Of a DNA stretch of 64,000 nt, positions 9,111-20,437 are shown piece after piece. Made by a program: the position numbers and the translations under genes. This DNA comes from an uncultured Thermoplasmata archaeon (GTDB lineage Archaea; Thermoplasmatota; Thermoplasmata; Lutacidiplasmatales; UBA184), in contig CAWISZ010000002.1 in NCBI GenBank assembly GCA_963838955.1, positions 121,991-185,990 of the forward strand, given 5' to 3'. Position 1 is the first letter of the stretch. Each line of letters starts with the position of its first letter. The notes under the pieces were generated by a model. It saw only the letters and a program-made list of their open reading frames with translations. It did no database searches and was not told where the DNA came from.

Positions 9111-9497
9111 TCACTGGGGCGGCGGTGCCTGAATGAAGCCTCCCGGAGCGGCTTCGTACACCTTGCGCGCCGCGCGCGGGTTGCCCGTCACGCGCGCGAT
9201 CCTCCAACGCGAACCCTCATCGTGGACGAGGAGAACCTGCACTCGCCCGTCTTCGGCTGCATCCGCTCGTCGCTTGATCTCCGCGATCGCCGGCCGCTTG
9301 AGGGTATCCGCATCGTGGGTCAAGCACCCGAACATGGACGTGCCGGGGATGGGCTTACCGTGCTGCTCTACGTAGATCCAGATGACGAGCGCCCCCGCCG
9401 CGAGCCGCTCCTTGCAGACGAGGCAGCCGGTTCCCTTCGGTAGGTATGTGCGGTAGCCCACCAGATGGGGCTCGGGATTCGACTCCGTGACCATCAT
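9111..9497 (-). CDS. hypothetical protein
   Basis: 128 aa, coding-like; no family recognised. Confidence 0.45.
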   Translation of the reverse strand: MMVTESNPEPHLVGYRTYLPKGTGCLVCKERLAAGALVIWIYVEQHGKPIPGTSMFGCLTHDADTLKRPAIAEIKRRADAAEDGRVQVLLVHDEGSRWRIARVTGNPRAARKVYEAAPGGFIQAPPPQ

Positions 9498-9724
9498 CCT
9501 TTATGGACGACGTTACGAAGCGGCTGCGATCACTTGCGTGCGAACAGAGGGCCGCGCTACAAACATTCACCCACCGGTGCCGGGTCTCCCTACCGAGCTG
9601 GGTCTTCGAAGGGGGGAGTCCAGCCGAATTCGACCGGTCAATGCCTAGGGAGGGCATGGACGCGGGTCGGTATCCCACTGCCCCCGTCGCGAGGCTTTTG
9701 GGGATGATGTGCTAACGGCATGCG

Positions 9725-10597
9725 ATGGCGCGCCCGCGTACGGTAACGGTTCCGGGACGCCGATCGTTCGAGTACGTCGCTCAGGGCAGAGGCCCGGCGA
9801 CGCTTCTAGTCCATCCGGGCGGACCCGGATTGAGCTACCACTACCTCCGTGGCCTCCTCAAGCTCGCGAACGCGAATCTGCGCGTGATCCTGTTCAACCC
9901 GCGTGGCGTGGGCCACAGCTGGGCCCCGAAGAACCCCCGAGAGTACACCATCGCCAACATGGCCGAGGATGTGGAGGCGATCCGTCGGGCGTTCGGCATC
10001 CGGGAGCTCCACCTGTTAGGCTACTCGGCCGGGGGGTTCGTGGCGCTCGAGTACGCCCATCGTTACGAACGCCGTCTGACGTCGCTCTTGCTCTGCGCGA
10101 CCGCCGGCAGCGCCGAGGAGATCCGAGCCGCCAACCGGATGATGCTCGCCTCCGCCTCTCCCCGACGACGAGCGCGCCTGAGGGAACTCACCAAGGCGAA
10201 GGCGTTCGAGTCGCCCGAGTACCAAAAGCTCACGGAGCAGGTCGCCCAGCCGTTCCAGACCCGATTTCTCACGTCGACGCCGGCGGATTGGAAGAGGACG
10301 AAGTCCCATCCCGTTGTTTACCATGCGATGATGACCCGCACCGGCGATGAGCTCGCGGTCGACGGAACGATTGCCTCGTGGGACGGACGGAAGTATTACT
10401 CGAAGATCGAGGTGCCCACCGTAGTCGTGGTCGGGAAATACGATTTCTTCCTCGAGCCATCGATGGAGATGGCCGAACGGATCGAGCCCGCCCACCTGCG
10501 CGTCCTCCCCCACAGCAGTCACATGGAAGTGCTCGAGCAACCTCGCGAGTTCCTGGGGACTATCCGGGAATTCCTCGAGGATGTGACGGGCGGTTGA
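9725..10597 (+). CDS. alpha/beta hydrolase (proline iminopeptidase-like)
   Basis: HPGGPGLS motif and nucleophile elbow GYSAGG; 290 aa. Confidence 0.85.
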   Translation: MARPRTVTVPGRRSFEYVAQGRGPATLLVHPGGPGLSYHYLRGLLKLANANLRVILFNPRGVGHSWAPKNPREYTIANMAEDVEAIRRAFGIRELHLLGYSAGGFVALEYAHRYERRLTSLLLCATAGSAEEIRAANRMMLASASPRRRARLRELTKAKAFESPEYQKLTEQVAQPFQTRFLTSTPADWKRTKSHPVVYHAMMTRTGDELAVDGTIASWDGRKYYSKIEVPTVVVVGKYDFFLEPSMEMAERIEPAHLRVLPHSSHMEVLEQPREFLGTIREFLEDVTGG

Positions 10598-11008
10598 CGG
10601 CCGACGCGCCCCCCGTCAAGGAACGATCCGATACAAGCAGCCCCTTTCGTCGCTGACACTATCGTGGGTTCGCCATTCGATAACTCTCAGTGCGATGCTT
10701 CGTACTTCCTCGGCGAGCGGGGCGACGGGCCATATCACGAGGTCGGGGGATGTACTCGTAGCAACTCGGCACGCTCGCTCTACACGCGAGAGACTCTGCA
10801 CATTGTTCGGCGCTCCTTCCTGAGGGGTCTGCGGATTCGACGACGCCTAGGGGTCGAGGGATCGTCGGCCGAAAGAGGGCCTTCTCTTCGCAAATGACCG
10901 ATACCGATAGTAGGCTCCTGAGTCTGCCAGACCCGTTCGTTAGGCGTTCGTTTCGCGCAGCCCAATCACCGAGGGGCGACCAAGGCGCGCCGTTATGCAA
11001 GGGCAGGT

Positions 11009-12319
11009 GTGGCCCCGCCCACCGTGGTCGAATTCACTCCTGTTCGGGCCTGGCATCCGAACCCGAAGGTCGTCGACCCCGACGAGACTGTTTGTCCGGT
11101 GTACGACACGCTCTCGGAACTGGATTTCGCCCGATTCGTTGTCCGACCGTTCAACGCCGCACGGTTCGTTCCGCGACGCCAGACCACCACGCTCCAGCGC
11201 TTCCTCGCGACGGCGAAGGAGGAGCTGGGACGCGCGCTGGAGGCCGGAGCCTACATCCGTGACGAGGCCCCCGGGTTCTACGTCTACGGCATCCAGTACC
11301 GCCCACCCCCAGACATTTCGGAGACGATCCCTACCTCGGGCCGCCGAAGCGAGTACCTCCTCCTCGGCCTTGTCGGTGCCCTGGATTTCGACAGCATCCA
11401 GCACGGTCAGGTCGCCCTGCACGAGCATACCTTCCCGGACCGGGTCGACGAGCGAGCGGCTCTGACCGATGCCACAGGCATGTCCTTCGCGCCCATCGTG
11501 GCGGGCTACAACCAACCGGGTCACGAGCTCAACGCGCTCCTCGAATCGACCCTCGGTCTCGATCGACGTCGCCTCGACTTCGGCGGTCGGCTCGCTCCGG
11601 TGGTCGAAGCGCGTCTCGATGGCACGCACCACCGCTTATGGCAGATTTCCGACCCGGCGCTCGTTCGGCAGCTGGTCGAAGCGCTCCGCCCGCTCCGGTT
11701 GCTGATCCTCGACGGACATCATCGGTTCACTGCGGCCGCCAAACGCCACTACCACGGCCGGCCGTCCGCTCCCCTTGTCATGCTCGTCGACGGACACGAC
11801 AGGGCCCTCCATGTGATGCCGTGGCACCGCGTCCTCCATGCGCGCCAGCTTGACCCCCGGGCCTTTCTCGACGCGGTCCGACGAGAGCCCGACCTCGCGG
11901 TCCGCTCGCTCGCTCCACTCACTGTGGAGGCGGCGATCGGGCAGCTCGCCGACATGGAAGCGGGTCACCGCCGGGGCTTCCTGGCCGTGACGCTGGAAGG
12001 AGCCCTCGAGGTGAATGGAGAGCCTTCCACCGACGCCGGTGCCGACTTCGACCTGCTCCACGCCTTCCTCGAAGACCGGCTCGGCATCGACGCCCATGAC
12101 CTCGAGTTTGTGCGCTCGCCGCGATGGGCGATCGAACAGATCCGGAAGGAATCCCCTGGGACTGCGCTTCTCCTCCCGGCGCTATCGGAAAGCGGCATCG
12201 AGGACCGCGCGTTCCAGCGTGGGAATGTCATGGCCCACAAGTCGACGATGTTCCTCCCTAAAGTCGTGGAGGGGCTGATCTTCGCATCTGCGGCCCCGGG
12301 CAGGGACGAAAAGGCTTGA
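11009..12319 (+). CDS. DUF1015 (COG4198)-like protein
   Basis: 436 aa; N-terminal pattern V.AWHPNP...VCPVYDTLSE resembles DUF1015. Confidence 0.55.
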   Translation: MAPPTVVEFTPVRAWHPNPKVVDPDETVCPVYDTLSELDFARFVVRPFNAARFVPRRQTTTLQRFLATAKEELGRALEAGAYIRDEAPGFYVYGIQYRPPPDISETIPTSGRRSEYLLLGLVGALDFDSIQHGQVALHEHTFPDRVDERAALTDATGMSFAPIVAGYNQPGHELNALLESTLGLDRRRLDFGGRLAPVVEARLDGTHHRLWQISDPALVRQLVEALRPLRLLILDGHHRFTAAAKRHYHGRPSAPLVMLVDGHDRALHVMPWHRVLHARQLDPRAFLDAVRREPDLAVRSLAPLTVEAAIGQLADMEAGHRRGFLAVTLEGALEVNGEPSTDAGADFDLLHAFLEDRLGIDAHDLEFVRSPRWAIEQIRKESPGTALLLPALSESGIEDRAFQRGNVMAHKSTMFLPKVVEGLIFASAAPGRDEKA

Positions 12320-13110
12320 GACGAGTATGCAGCTTCCGCTAGAATGAGCTAATCGGCAAAGGGTGGCTTGCGCACGGTGCCAGTTCGGCAACATTCGGGA
12401 GGTCGGATTGCCCAGTTTGTGGTCTGGGAGATGATATGGATACTGCTCCCTTCCGATGCCGGGGGTACGTCGTGACTGCACGGCGCCGTTGTCCGGCCTG
12501 CCTGGCCCTCCTCGCTGACGGCGAAACGCACGTCCGAACCGCCGAGCTCGACGGGATCGAGAGCGGGGAGGCAACGTACTACTGTAAGAGGTCCCGGTCC
12601 CGCGTCAGCGTACGCAAGCCCGGTGCGCCGCCCCTCCTGGCTCGAAAGGCGCGGCGGACCGTGGGTAAGATTCTCCGGGGAGGGTCCGGTCCATGAGGCG
12701 CGACCCGTTCCTTCGCACAGGGCTTCCGGCTCGACGTGCCTGCTATGGAGCACCGAGGGGACCGGCGTCGGCGCGCTCGTCCCGCCATACCGGGCCGCTC
12801 GCCATCCTGCTATTCGGTGCTCTCGCCCTGATCCTCGCTCTGCTCTACTCCACGACCGGGGGAGGAGCCGAGCATGAACCCCGACGACTTCCCTTGTCCC
12901 TTGTGCGGGCTCGACCTGGAGGCGGACCCGCATACTAGGGACGGCTTTTGGGCGATCGTCCAGGCACGGAAGGCCTGACTCCAACGTACGCGCCCTCCTC
13001 GCGGTGGTCCTCGATCGGGAGTTTTTCCGTTCATATTTCGACGGAGAGAGTGAACTAACCTGACCCAAGGAAGAGCTCCGAGCGCCGCCCTACGAAGAGC
13101 GGATTCATCG

Positions 13111-13703
13111 CTAAGTGCGGACGACGACGACCTCGCCCGGTTTGGGGGGAGGGTGCTCTTTTCCTCGGCTCGTAGTGTCATTATCTGGGCTCCAACCGTG
13201 CCATCGACGAAGTAGTTTGACGCGGACGGACAGTCGTGCGCCCCTGAAATGATGACGATAGAAGTCCAAGGTCATCGCATGTTCCTCGAAGACGACAGAC
13301 TCGTTGTACCCGCCAACCGCCTCGAACGCATCCCGGCGAACGGCGGCGAATCCCGACATGAACAGCTTGTATCCGAACACGGACGTCAACACGTTGAGCA
13401 TCGTGCTCTCGGCCCGCATCATGAATCGGTCCACCGGCGCCCGGGCCAATAGAGTTCCGCGATGGCGAACTGCCAATTCCAGGTCAACCATGTTGTCCAA
13501 TCCCAGTCGGCCACCAGATGGACATCATCGTCCAGAAACACGAACACATCACCGGACGCTGCCGCCGCTCCGATGTTGCGGGCGTGGGCAGCTCCACCCG
13601 GGGCCGAGACTACGATGAATTCTGAGCCGGTGGGGAGCATCGCCCCGATCCGGTGGATGTTGGCCGGCTCGGGACTTCGTGTGGGGGTGATGAACGATAT
13701 CAT
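13111..13703 (-). pseudogene. glycosyltransferase family 2, frameshifted
   Basis: ISFITPTR...DVFVFLDDD (DxD) in ORF 13419..13703 and SGFAAVRRDAFEAVGGYNE in ORF 13111..13500; the two frames overlap at 13419-13500. Confidence 0.7.
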
Positions 13704-13757
13704 TGGATCATCGACGGTAGGTGATCTCCCCGATCAGACCAAACAAGGCGCCGACCG

Positions 13758-13991
13758 CTACGGCTGCCACCACACCCCAGGTAGGACCGAAGCAGCGACG
13801 ACGATCACCACCACAACCCCGATGACCAGGATCCGGGTCACCCCCTTCGACATCCGCTTCGAAGGCGTGGGCGGGTGCGGCCACGCTTGAGCGCCTACCA
13901 GGTGAACTGCCGGGGGAGGTGGAGTTGGCACGGGCGCCAAGGGCGCGGTCATGGACGGGGTCCGCTTCGATAGGCCGGTTCCGTATTTCAA
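13758..13991 (-). CDS. possible small single-TM protein (weak)
   Basis: 77-aa ORF ending VTRILVIGVVVVIVVAASVLPGVWW; competes with the alternative-frame ORF 13708..14067. Confidence 0.2.
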   Translation of the reverse strand: MKYGTGLSKRTPSMTAPLAPVPTPPPPAVHLVGAQAWPHPPTPSKRMSKGVTRILVIGVVVVIVVAASVLPGVWWQP

Positions 13992-14126
13992 GCGGTTCTA
14001 GGGTGCCAGTCAGCCCCCCCGTGGCAACGCTGATAACGGACCGGAAAGGAACCTGGTGCCGAGTCATCGGACCGAGACCGTCTTCTTTTAACTAGTAGAG
14101 GATCGCTTCCTTCGGGAGGGTCGCCC

Positions 14127-14429
14127 ATGCGATTTCTAATCAAAGTGCGAATGCCCACCGAAGCCGGAAACCATGCTCTGGAGAGCCCAGACTTCGTGAA
14201 GAATCTCGAAGCCGGAGTCAAGGCGATGAACGCCGAAGCGTTTTACGGGTGCGAAATGGACGGAGATCGAACGGCCATCATCATTGCAAGCTTCGACACT
14301 CCGGACAAGATTCCCGCAATCGCGGAACCGTTCTTCCATCTGGGATTCCAGGTGAGTATGCATCCAGCAATGGTGATGGATGACCTGAAGCGCGGAGTGG
14401 CCGGGTGGAAGGCCATGGCCAAGCGGTAG
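14127..14429 (+). CDS. DUF3303-like small protein
   Basis: 100 aa, MRFLIKV start, coding-like. Confidence 0.5.
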   Translation: MRFLIKVRMPTEAGNHALESPDFVKNLEAGVKAMNAEAFYGCEMDGDRTAIIIASFDTPDKIPAIAEPFFHLGFQVSMHPAMVMDDLKRGVAGWKAMAKR

Positions 14430-14581
14430 GACTCTGCAGTCCGGGGCCCGTAGACCGCTCTCAACCCACCCGTTAAAGGACCCCCCGGATAGACAACGGT
14501 CGGAGCCATTGAAGAGCCAACCGCGGGATAGCCGACGAGCACGATGAAATAGGTCGAAACGGTTTCCGGCCCTGACCGCAG

Positions 14582-15424
14582 ATGCCTTGGAAGTACACGG
14601 ACGAGTACTATCGGGAATACACCCGAGTGACGTGGAATGATAGCGCTGAAGCCTACGTCGGACTGATGAGGAATCTCGAGCCGTTCCGTTCCGACCTCGT
14701 TGCGCGACTAGCCCCCCAGTCTGGAGAGCGGATCCTGGACATGGGTACCGGACCGGGAGAGCCCGCAATCACAATTGCCAGACATGTCGGGGCTTCCGGT
14801 CACGTGACGGGAATCGACCTGTCGGAAAACATGGTGACGATCGCCCAACGGGTGGCGCATGCCCGTGGAGTAAACAACGTCGATTTCCGAACGATGGATT
14901 GCAGCGACCTGAAGTTTCCCGACGAAACGTACGATGCCATAGTCAGCAGTTTCGGGTTCCAGATCTTCACAGATCCGGAAAAGGCAGCCAAAGAGGCTCG
15001 TCGGGTGCTTCGTCCCGGTGGTCGAATCGCTGTGACCGTCTGGAGCACTGGAGACAAGGTACCGTGGATCCATGCGATCGTAGGGCCTATGCTCGAGCGC
15101 GCCGAACCGGATGAGACGGGCTACATCCCAACTCCGTACGAGACCGGGGGGCCGGGTGAGATGGTTGCGTTCCTGGAAGGCGCGGGATTCCAGTACGCTC
15201 TGGAGGAGCGGCGGCAATACTTCCTCAAATTCGACGATGAGGAGGCCTACCTACAGGCAGTCCTGAAGGCAACACCAATCGGACATTCACTCTCCGAGGA
15301 ATCGGAGGATACTCAGAAGGAGGTCCTTCGCAAGACCCGGGAGAATCTTGTTCCGTGGAAGAGGCCCGAAGGCCTCTCGATACCAGGCGAAGGCGTAATC
15401 GTCTTCGCACGCAAGCCGGAATAG
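14582..15424 (+). CDS. class I SAM-dependent methyltransferase
   Basis: Motif I LDMGTGPGEP; 280 aa. Confidence 0.85.
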   Translation: MPWKYTDEYYREYTRVTWNDSAEAYVGLMRNLEPFRSDLVARLAPQSGERILDMGTGPGEPAITIARHVGASGHVTGIDLSENMVTIAQRVAHARGVNNVDFRTMDCSDLKFPDETYDAIVSSFGFQIFTDPEKAAKEARRVLRPGGRIAVTVWSTGDKVPWIHAIVGPMLERAEPDETGYIPTPYETGGPGEMVAFLEGAGFQYALEERRQYFLKFDDEEAYLQAVLKATPIGHSLSEESEDTQKEVLRKTRENLVPWKRPEGLSIPGEGVIVFARKPE

Positions 15425-15780
15425 GCGGCCTGTGTCGGTCGTTTGGGTCGTCGCCGGTAAGCTCCTTCTTCAATTCTCCCTGAGCCCGGAGTGGGGGAAT
15501 CGGAACCATTTCCCCCGTTGAAAACGCACCCGTTACTAGGGTGTTGTCGACACTGGCCTGATCGGGCGCGACCGCGACCTGGATAGAGGGCGCGCGGCGT
15601 CGATGACAGACAGAGAGTATCCTGCCCGTCACCTAGGTGGAAAGACTGAGCACCCTAGACCCGTTGGAGTGTCCCGGATGTCGACGACTCGTTTTGCCCA
15701 GTTTGCTAGCGCCGGAGAGTCAATCGTAGCCCCGAGGAAGGCTTAACCTCGAGGCATGATACCAATTCGCGCGGGAACCC

Positions 15781-16839
15781 ATGGCCGTCAATCCAGACAA
15801 GTTGAACCAGTTTATCGGCAGGTTTCTAGGCGATGTCGGTGCCGCGATCCACGGACCAGCCATTTTGATCGGAGAACAGCTCGGTCTCTACAAAGCCCTC
15901 GCCGCTGACGGACCACTGAACTCGGAAGGACTCGCAGAAAAGACCGGCATACCGGAACGCTACGCACGCGAGTGGCTCGCGGGGCAGGCGGCTTCAGGGT
16001 ACGTGGAGTACGACGCGGGTAGCGAACGTTATTGGATGACGCCCGAACAGGCGTTTGCCTTGACGGTCGAGGATAACCCGGTCTACATCCCGGGGGTCTA
16101 CTATACCATCGCGTCGGTCTACAAGGACCAACGGAAAATCGCCGAAGCGATCAAGTCCGGAAAAGGGTTCGGCTGGCACGAACACCACAACGACCTCTTC
16201 ATCGGCACAAAGAAGTTCTTTCGACCAGGCTATCTCGCAAACCTCGTCAGCTCCTGGCTCCCCAGTCTCGAGGGGGTCGTGCCGAAGCTCGACGCCGGTG
16301 CTCGGGTCGCCGACATCGGCTGCGGTCTCGGGGCGTCTACCATCATCATGGCCAAGGCGTTTCCAAAGTCCAGATTCATTGGCTTCGACTACCACCTGGA
16401 GTCGATCGAATGGGCGCAGAACGACGCTGTGACAGCGGGTGTGACCCAAAACACCGACTTTGAGGTTGCAACCGCGAAGGAGTTCCGGGGGAAGGACTAC
16501 GATCTCGTCTGCTTCTTCGACTGCTTGCACGACATGGGCGACCCGGTCGGTGCGGCGCGGCACACCCTCAAGACTCTGAAGCCAGATGGTACTCTGATGG
16601 CCGTCGAGCCGTTTGCACATGACCAGGTCGAGCAGAATATGACTGCGGTAGGCCGGATCTTTTACAATGCTTCCCTGTTAGTGTGCGTCCCGGCTTCCCT
16701 TTCTCAGGAGGTCGGGAAGGGTTTGGGGGCTCAGGCGAGCGATGCGAGCTTGAACGGAGTGTTCCGCGACGCGGGGTTTACTCGGGTCCGGAAAGCGATC
16801 GAGACGCCGTTCAACCGGGTGTTCGAAGCCCGCCCCTGA
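15781..16839 (+). CDS. class I SAM-dependent methyltransferase with N-terminal winged-helix/dimerisation domain
   Basis: Motif I ADIGCGLGAS; acidic motif FFDCLHDMGDP; 352 aa. Confidence 0.85.
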   Translation: MAVNPDKLNQFIGRFLGDVGAAIHGPAILIGEQLGLYKALAADGPLNSEGLAEKTGIPERYAREWLAGQAASGYVEYDAGSERYWMTPEQAFALTVEDNPVYIPGVYYTIASVYKDQRKIAEAIKSGKGFGWHEHHNDLFIGTKKFFRPGYLANLVSSWLPSLEGVVPKLDAGARVADIGCGLGASTIIMAKAFPKSRFIGFDYHLESIEWAQNDAVTAGVTQNTDFEVATAKEFRGKDYDLVCFFDCLHDMGDPVGAARHTLKTLKPDGTLMAVEPFAHDQVEQNMTAVGRIFYNASLLVCVPASLSQEVGKGLGAQASDASLNGVFRDAGFTRVRKAIETPFNRVFEARP

Positions 16840-16999
16840 ACCCACCCGATCCTAGGGATCGCCTCGATCACGAACGCTGACGATAGCCGGTAAGCCCAAT
16901 TCGCAAACCGACGCGTTTCCCGTGCTCGAAACGGACCGAGACTGTGTGAAAACTCGTGCGTAGGTTTATCCGGTAGTACTACTCTGTCAGAGCCATATG

Positions 17000-18780
17000 G
17001 CTCGAACTGTCCATCTCGAAGCGACGAACAAGCTGACCATGGAGAACATCGTCGGGTTCATCCGTCGACCTGTGGTTCCTCACGGAACTGGAGCGAAGGT
17101 CACCTGTCCGAGGGCGTTCCTGGGGAAGACCGTCTATCTGGTGATCACCGACGAGGATTGGCCCGAGGATCGACCTCGCCGAGGGAGGCGACCATGAGCG
17201 GCTACGTTCGAGCCGTTCACCGTCACCAGCAGATTCTGATGCCCGACCTTCTGGACGACTACGTGACGGAGGAGAACCCGGTGCGGTTCCTCGATGTGTT
17301 CGTCGACGGCTTGGACTTGAGCGAGCTCGGGATCACTCACGCCGAACCGAACGAGACGGGACGACCACCGTATGATCCCGCGGCTCTGCTGAAGCTCTAC
17401 CTCTATGGCTACCTCCACGGGGTGCGTTCCAGTCGGAAGCTGGAACAGGAGTGCCATCGCAACCTGGAGGTGATGTGGCTCCTGCGCAAGCTCACCCCGG
17501 ACTTCAAGACGATTGCCGACTTCCGCAAGGACAATGTCGATCGCTTCCGACCCTTGTTCCAGCGGCTCGTGGCTCTCGGCCGAGAACTCCGCCTGCTGGA
17601 GGGAGATTTGGTGGCGATCGACGGGAGTAAGTTCCGAGCGGTGAACGCGAAGGACCGCAACTTCAATCGTGCGAAGCTCGCCGACCGGACGAAGGCGATC
17701 GAGAAGAGCATCGATCGCTACCTGCGTGAGCTGGATGAGAATGACGCGAAGGAATCGGAGAATCCCGGTCTTCCGTTGCGCGTCCCGAATCTCCAGGAGA
17801 AGATCGAGCGGCTGAAGGAACGACAGCGCCGCTATCGAGGTCTGCTCGAGCAGCTGGAGACGACCGGGGCTACCGAGATCTCCCTCACCGACCCGGACAG
17901 TCGCATGATGAAAGGGAACCATGACCGGATGGAGGTCAGCTACAACGGGCAGATCGCCGTCGAGGCCGACAGCAAGCTCATTGTCGCCTACGATGTCGAC
18001 AACAAGGCGTCCGACCACCACCAGCTCGCCTCGATGGCGGAGCAGGCTCAGGCAGCTCTACGACGGTCGTCTCTACGGGCTGTCGCGGACCGCGGATACT
18101 ACGATGGCGAGCAGGTCCGTCGATGCATCGCGCGGGACATCACGCCGTACGTTCCGGAGCCCGAGAAGGGGCGAGGGGCAGCCGAACGGACCGCCATGGC
18201 TCCGGAATTCCAGCGAGACCGGTTCGTCTACGATCCCACGACCGACACGGTTCGATGCCCCGCCGGAGCTCGGTTGACCTTCCGTGGGGAGCGTCGGACC
18301 CATTGGCACCAGCGCCCGGGGGGAATTCTCGAGCGCGAATATCGGACGGACCAGTGTCCTTCCTGTCCGCACTTCATGACACGGTGCACCCACAATCCGA
18401 TGGGACGACGGTTCCATCGACGAGAGAACGATGAGCATCTGGAGGCGATGCGGAGGCGAGTGCGAACCGACGAGGGAGAGCGAATCCTCGCCGAGCGCCA
18501 ATCGGTCGTGGAACACCCGTTCGGCACGATCAAACGAGCGTTCAACCAAGGCTACCTGTTGTTGAAAGGGCTTCGGAAGGTGATGGGGGAAATGGGGCTC
18601 ACGATGATCGCGTATGACCTGAGACGGTTGCTGAGCCTGGTCGGAACCCGAGCTCTGGTGGCCCACCTATCGAGCGAACGAAGAGCTCGAGGGGCTGCGG
18701 CCTGAACTCCCCTCTTCCCCGAATTCGAACGGACAAAGGAGTGGAGGGATCTCTCGAACCGGCCGACGTTTTTACACAGT
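17000..18780 (+). mobile_element. IS1182 family insertion sequence (boundaries approximate, inverted repeats not resolved)
   Basis: Single long transposase ORF; ends inferred only from coding extent. Confidence 0.4.
17158..18705 (+). CDS. IS1182 family transposase
   Basis: 515 aa; N-terminal LLKLYLYGYLHGVRSSRKLE and C-terminal DDE region typical of IS1182; alternative start at 17194. Confidence 0.9.
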   Translation: MARGSTSPREATMSGYVRAVHRHQQILMPDLLDDYVTEENPVRFLDVFVDGLDLSELGITHAEPNETGRPPYDPAALLKLYLYGYLHGVRSSRKLEQECHRNLEVMWLLRKLTPDFKTIADFRKDNVDRFRPLFQRLVALGRELRLLEGDLVAIDGSKFRAVNAKDRNFNRAKLADRTKAIEKSIDRYLRELDENDAKESENPGLPLRVPNLQEKIERLKERQRRYRGLLEQLETTGATEISLTDPDSRMMKGNHDRMEVSYNGQIAVEADSKLIVAYDVDNKASDHHQLASMAEQAQAALRRSSLRAVADRGYYDGEQVRRCIARDITPYVPEPEKGRGAAERTAMAPEFQRDRFVYDPTTDTVRCPAGARLTFRGERRTHWHQRPGGILEREYRTDQCPSCPHFMTRCTHNPMGRRFHRRENDEHLEAMRRRVRTDEGERILAERQSVVEHPFGTIKRAFNQGYLLLKGLRKVMGEMGLTMIAYDLRRLLSLVGTRALVAHLSSERRARGAAA

Positions 18781-18785
18781 CTCGA

Positions 18786-19100
18786 CCCCTATCGGACAGC
18801 GCCGAACCTGCGCACGAACTGCCGGCCGCCGATGTGTCCCGAGCGGGGTCTTCCGGAGCCAAGTCCGCGGCACCTCGACTGGACTATCGATACTTACGAA
18901 CGGCGGCACGAAACTCCGCGTGGGTCTCGCTTGAGTCCGAACGCGACGCTCCGATTTGACGGAGGAACGCCAGCAGGTTCGGCCATGCGGAGACGGGACG
19001 CCGCGTCGGCTCTACGTACTCGAAGCACGTGACATATCTCAAGAGTTTGGTCTCAGCTTCCTCAAACCGATCGCACCGTCGAATCGCTCCCGCAGTGTCG
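18786..19100. repeat. direct repeat copy A (about 315 bp)
   Basis: About 90% identical to 20438-20757; starts a few bp after the estimated IS1182 right end. Confidence 0.7.
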
Positions 19101-19378
19101 AGGAACCAGAGGGTGAAGATGAACTCGGATTCGCCCTCGGACGTCTCGGTTCCCGGCAACCGTAGGCGTAGCTCCGCCCGCGGGACGGGGGCACGTCGGG
19201 CTTTCAATTCGGAGAGGACCTTGGCCCCATAGCCGGTCCATGACGCGAGTTCACGCTCCGTGTCGTCTAGGTCACCGTCGCCGGAGGGGGACAAATCTGC
19301 TATCGCCTTCGGAGTGAATTCCATGCCATACGCGAGCGTCCGACTTCCTGCTAAAACACGACGGGAGGGGGCATGCAA
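18884..19378 (-). CDS. hypothetical protein
   Basis: 164 aa; its 3-prime about 215 bp lie within repeat copy A. Confidence 0.5.
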   Translation of the reverse strand: MHAPSRRVLAGSRTLAYGMEFTPKAIADLSPSGDGDLDDTERELASWTGYGAKVLSELKARRAPVPRAELRLRLPGTETSEGESEFIFTLWFLDTAGAIRRCDRFEEAETKLLRYVTCFEYVEPTRRPVSAWPNLLAFLRQIGASRSDSSETHAEFRAAVRKYR

Positions 19379-19431
19379 CGCCGCCCTCGGAGGGCCGACT
19401 CATCCACCTCGAAGACGTTGAACGGGTCGGA

Positions 19432-20259
19432 GTGTTCCCGTTTCGGCACATGGAGCTCCGGATCGGCTGCTCGTCCTGGACCTCAGAAGCGTGGTGGGGT
19501 CGGCTCTATCCAACCGGCCTGAGAGACGGGGAACGACTCGCATGGTATGCGAAGCTCTACGATACCGTCGAGGTTGATTCGACGTACTACCGACCGCCCT
19601 CCGAGTTTCTAGTCCGTCGGTGGGCGTCGGTTACTCCTGAAGGATTCCTCTTCACCCTGAAGTTCCCGCGCGACCTTCTCGATCCCAAGCGGCCGGTGGA
19701 CGTTGCGAAGATCGATAGTTTCCTCGCCAGCGCGCGGCTCCTCGGCCCGAAGCTGGGTCCGATCCTCCTTCAGTTCCCTCCCTGGGTGAAGCCCGGGAAG
19801 GCTAGCGGCTTTCTCACCGAGACGCTCACCGCGCTCGACCATCAGCTTCGATACTCCGTGGAACTTCGGGATGCCGGTTGGTTCCGTGGCTCGACGTGGG
19901 ACAGCCTTTTCGCACAGCTTCGGGATCGCCGAATCGCTCTCACATGGTCCTACCTGACGTATGTCGAGGTCCCGCCCGAGCTTACGTCGGACTTCGTGTA
20001 CTTGCGGTTCATCGGCGACCATACCACGGTGCCGGAAAGCATCCACGGAGAGATGCGGATCGACCGATCCAGAGAGACTCAACGCTGGGCCAACCGAGTG
20101 AAGGCTGTTGCGAACCGCGTCCTATCGACGTTCGCATTCTTTAACAACCACTTCGCTGGGTTCGCTCCCGAGTCGGTGAACCTGTTCCGGCAGGAGATGG
20201 GGTTGGAACGGATAGATTACGCGCCGGCAGCTCACCAGCGCAGATTGGACGTTTCGTAG
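19432..20259 (+). CDS. DUF72 (UPF0759) family protein
   Basis: IGCSSW..W.G.LYP and TVEVDSTYYRPP patterns; 275 aa. Confidence 0.8.
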   Translation: MFPFRHMELRIGCSSWTSEAWWGRLYPTGLRDGERLAWYAKLYDTVEVDSTYYRPPSEFLVRRWASVTPEGFLFTLKFPRDLLDPKRPVDVAKIDSFLASARLLGPKLGPILLQFPPWVKPGKASGFLTETLTALDHQLRYSVELRDAGWFRGSTWDSLFAQLRDRRIALTWSYLTYVEVPPELTSDFVYLRFIGDHTTVPESIHGEMRIDRSRETQRWANRVKAVANRVLSTFAFFNNHFAGFAPESVNLFRQEMGLERIDYAPAAHQRRLDVS

Positions 20260-20437
20260 CTCGTCCGTTCGGTCGGAGCTTCTAGATCGATGTTGGCTCC
20301 GGAGGGTGGACGAAGTGTTGTGAGGTCGCTCGTAGGGACGCGATGGCGCTTCCGATCCGGTATCCACGCACCATGCGGTGGCATCTCCGCGGCCTCGGCC
20401 GGAAGGCATGATGTCCGCGGAACGGCGGCGAATGGGG

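Noticed and set aside
12320-13110. Small Cys-containing ORFs (12436..12696; 32-aa CPLCG peptide at about 12874..12972) and a long minus-strand ORF in this 800-bp gap
   Set aside because: Overlapping, low-complexity or very short; codon usage is not convincing. Left unannotated.
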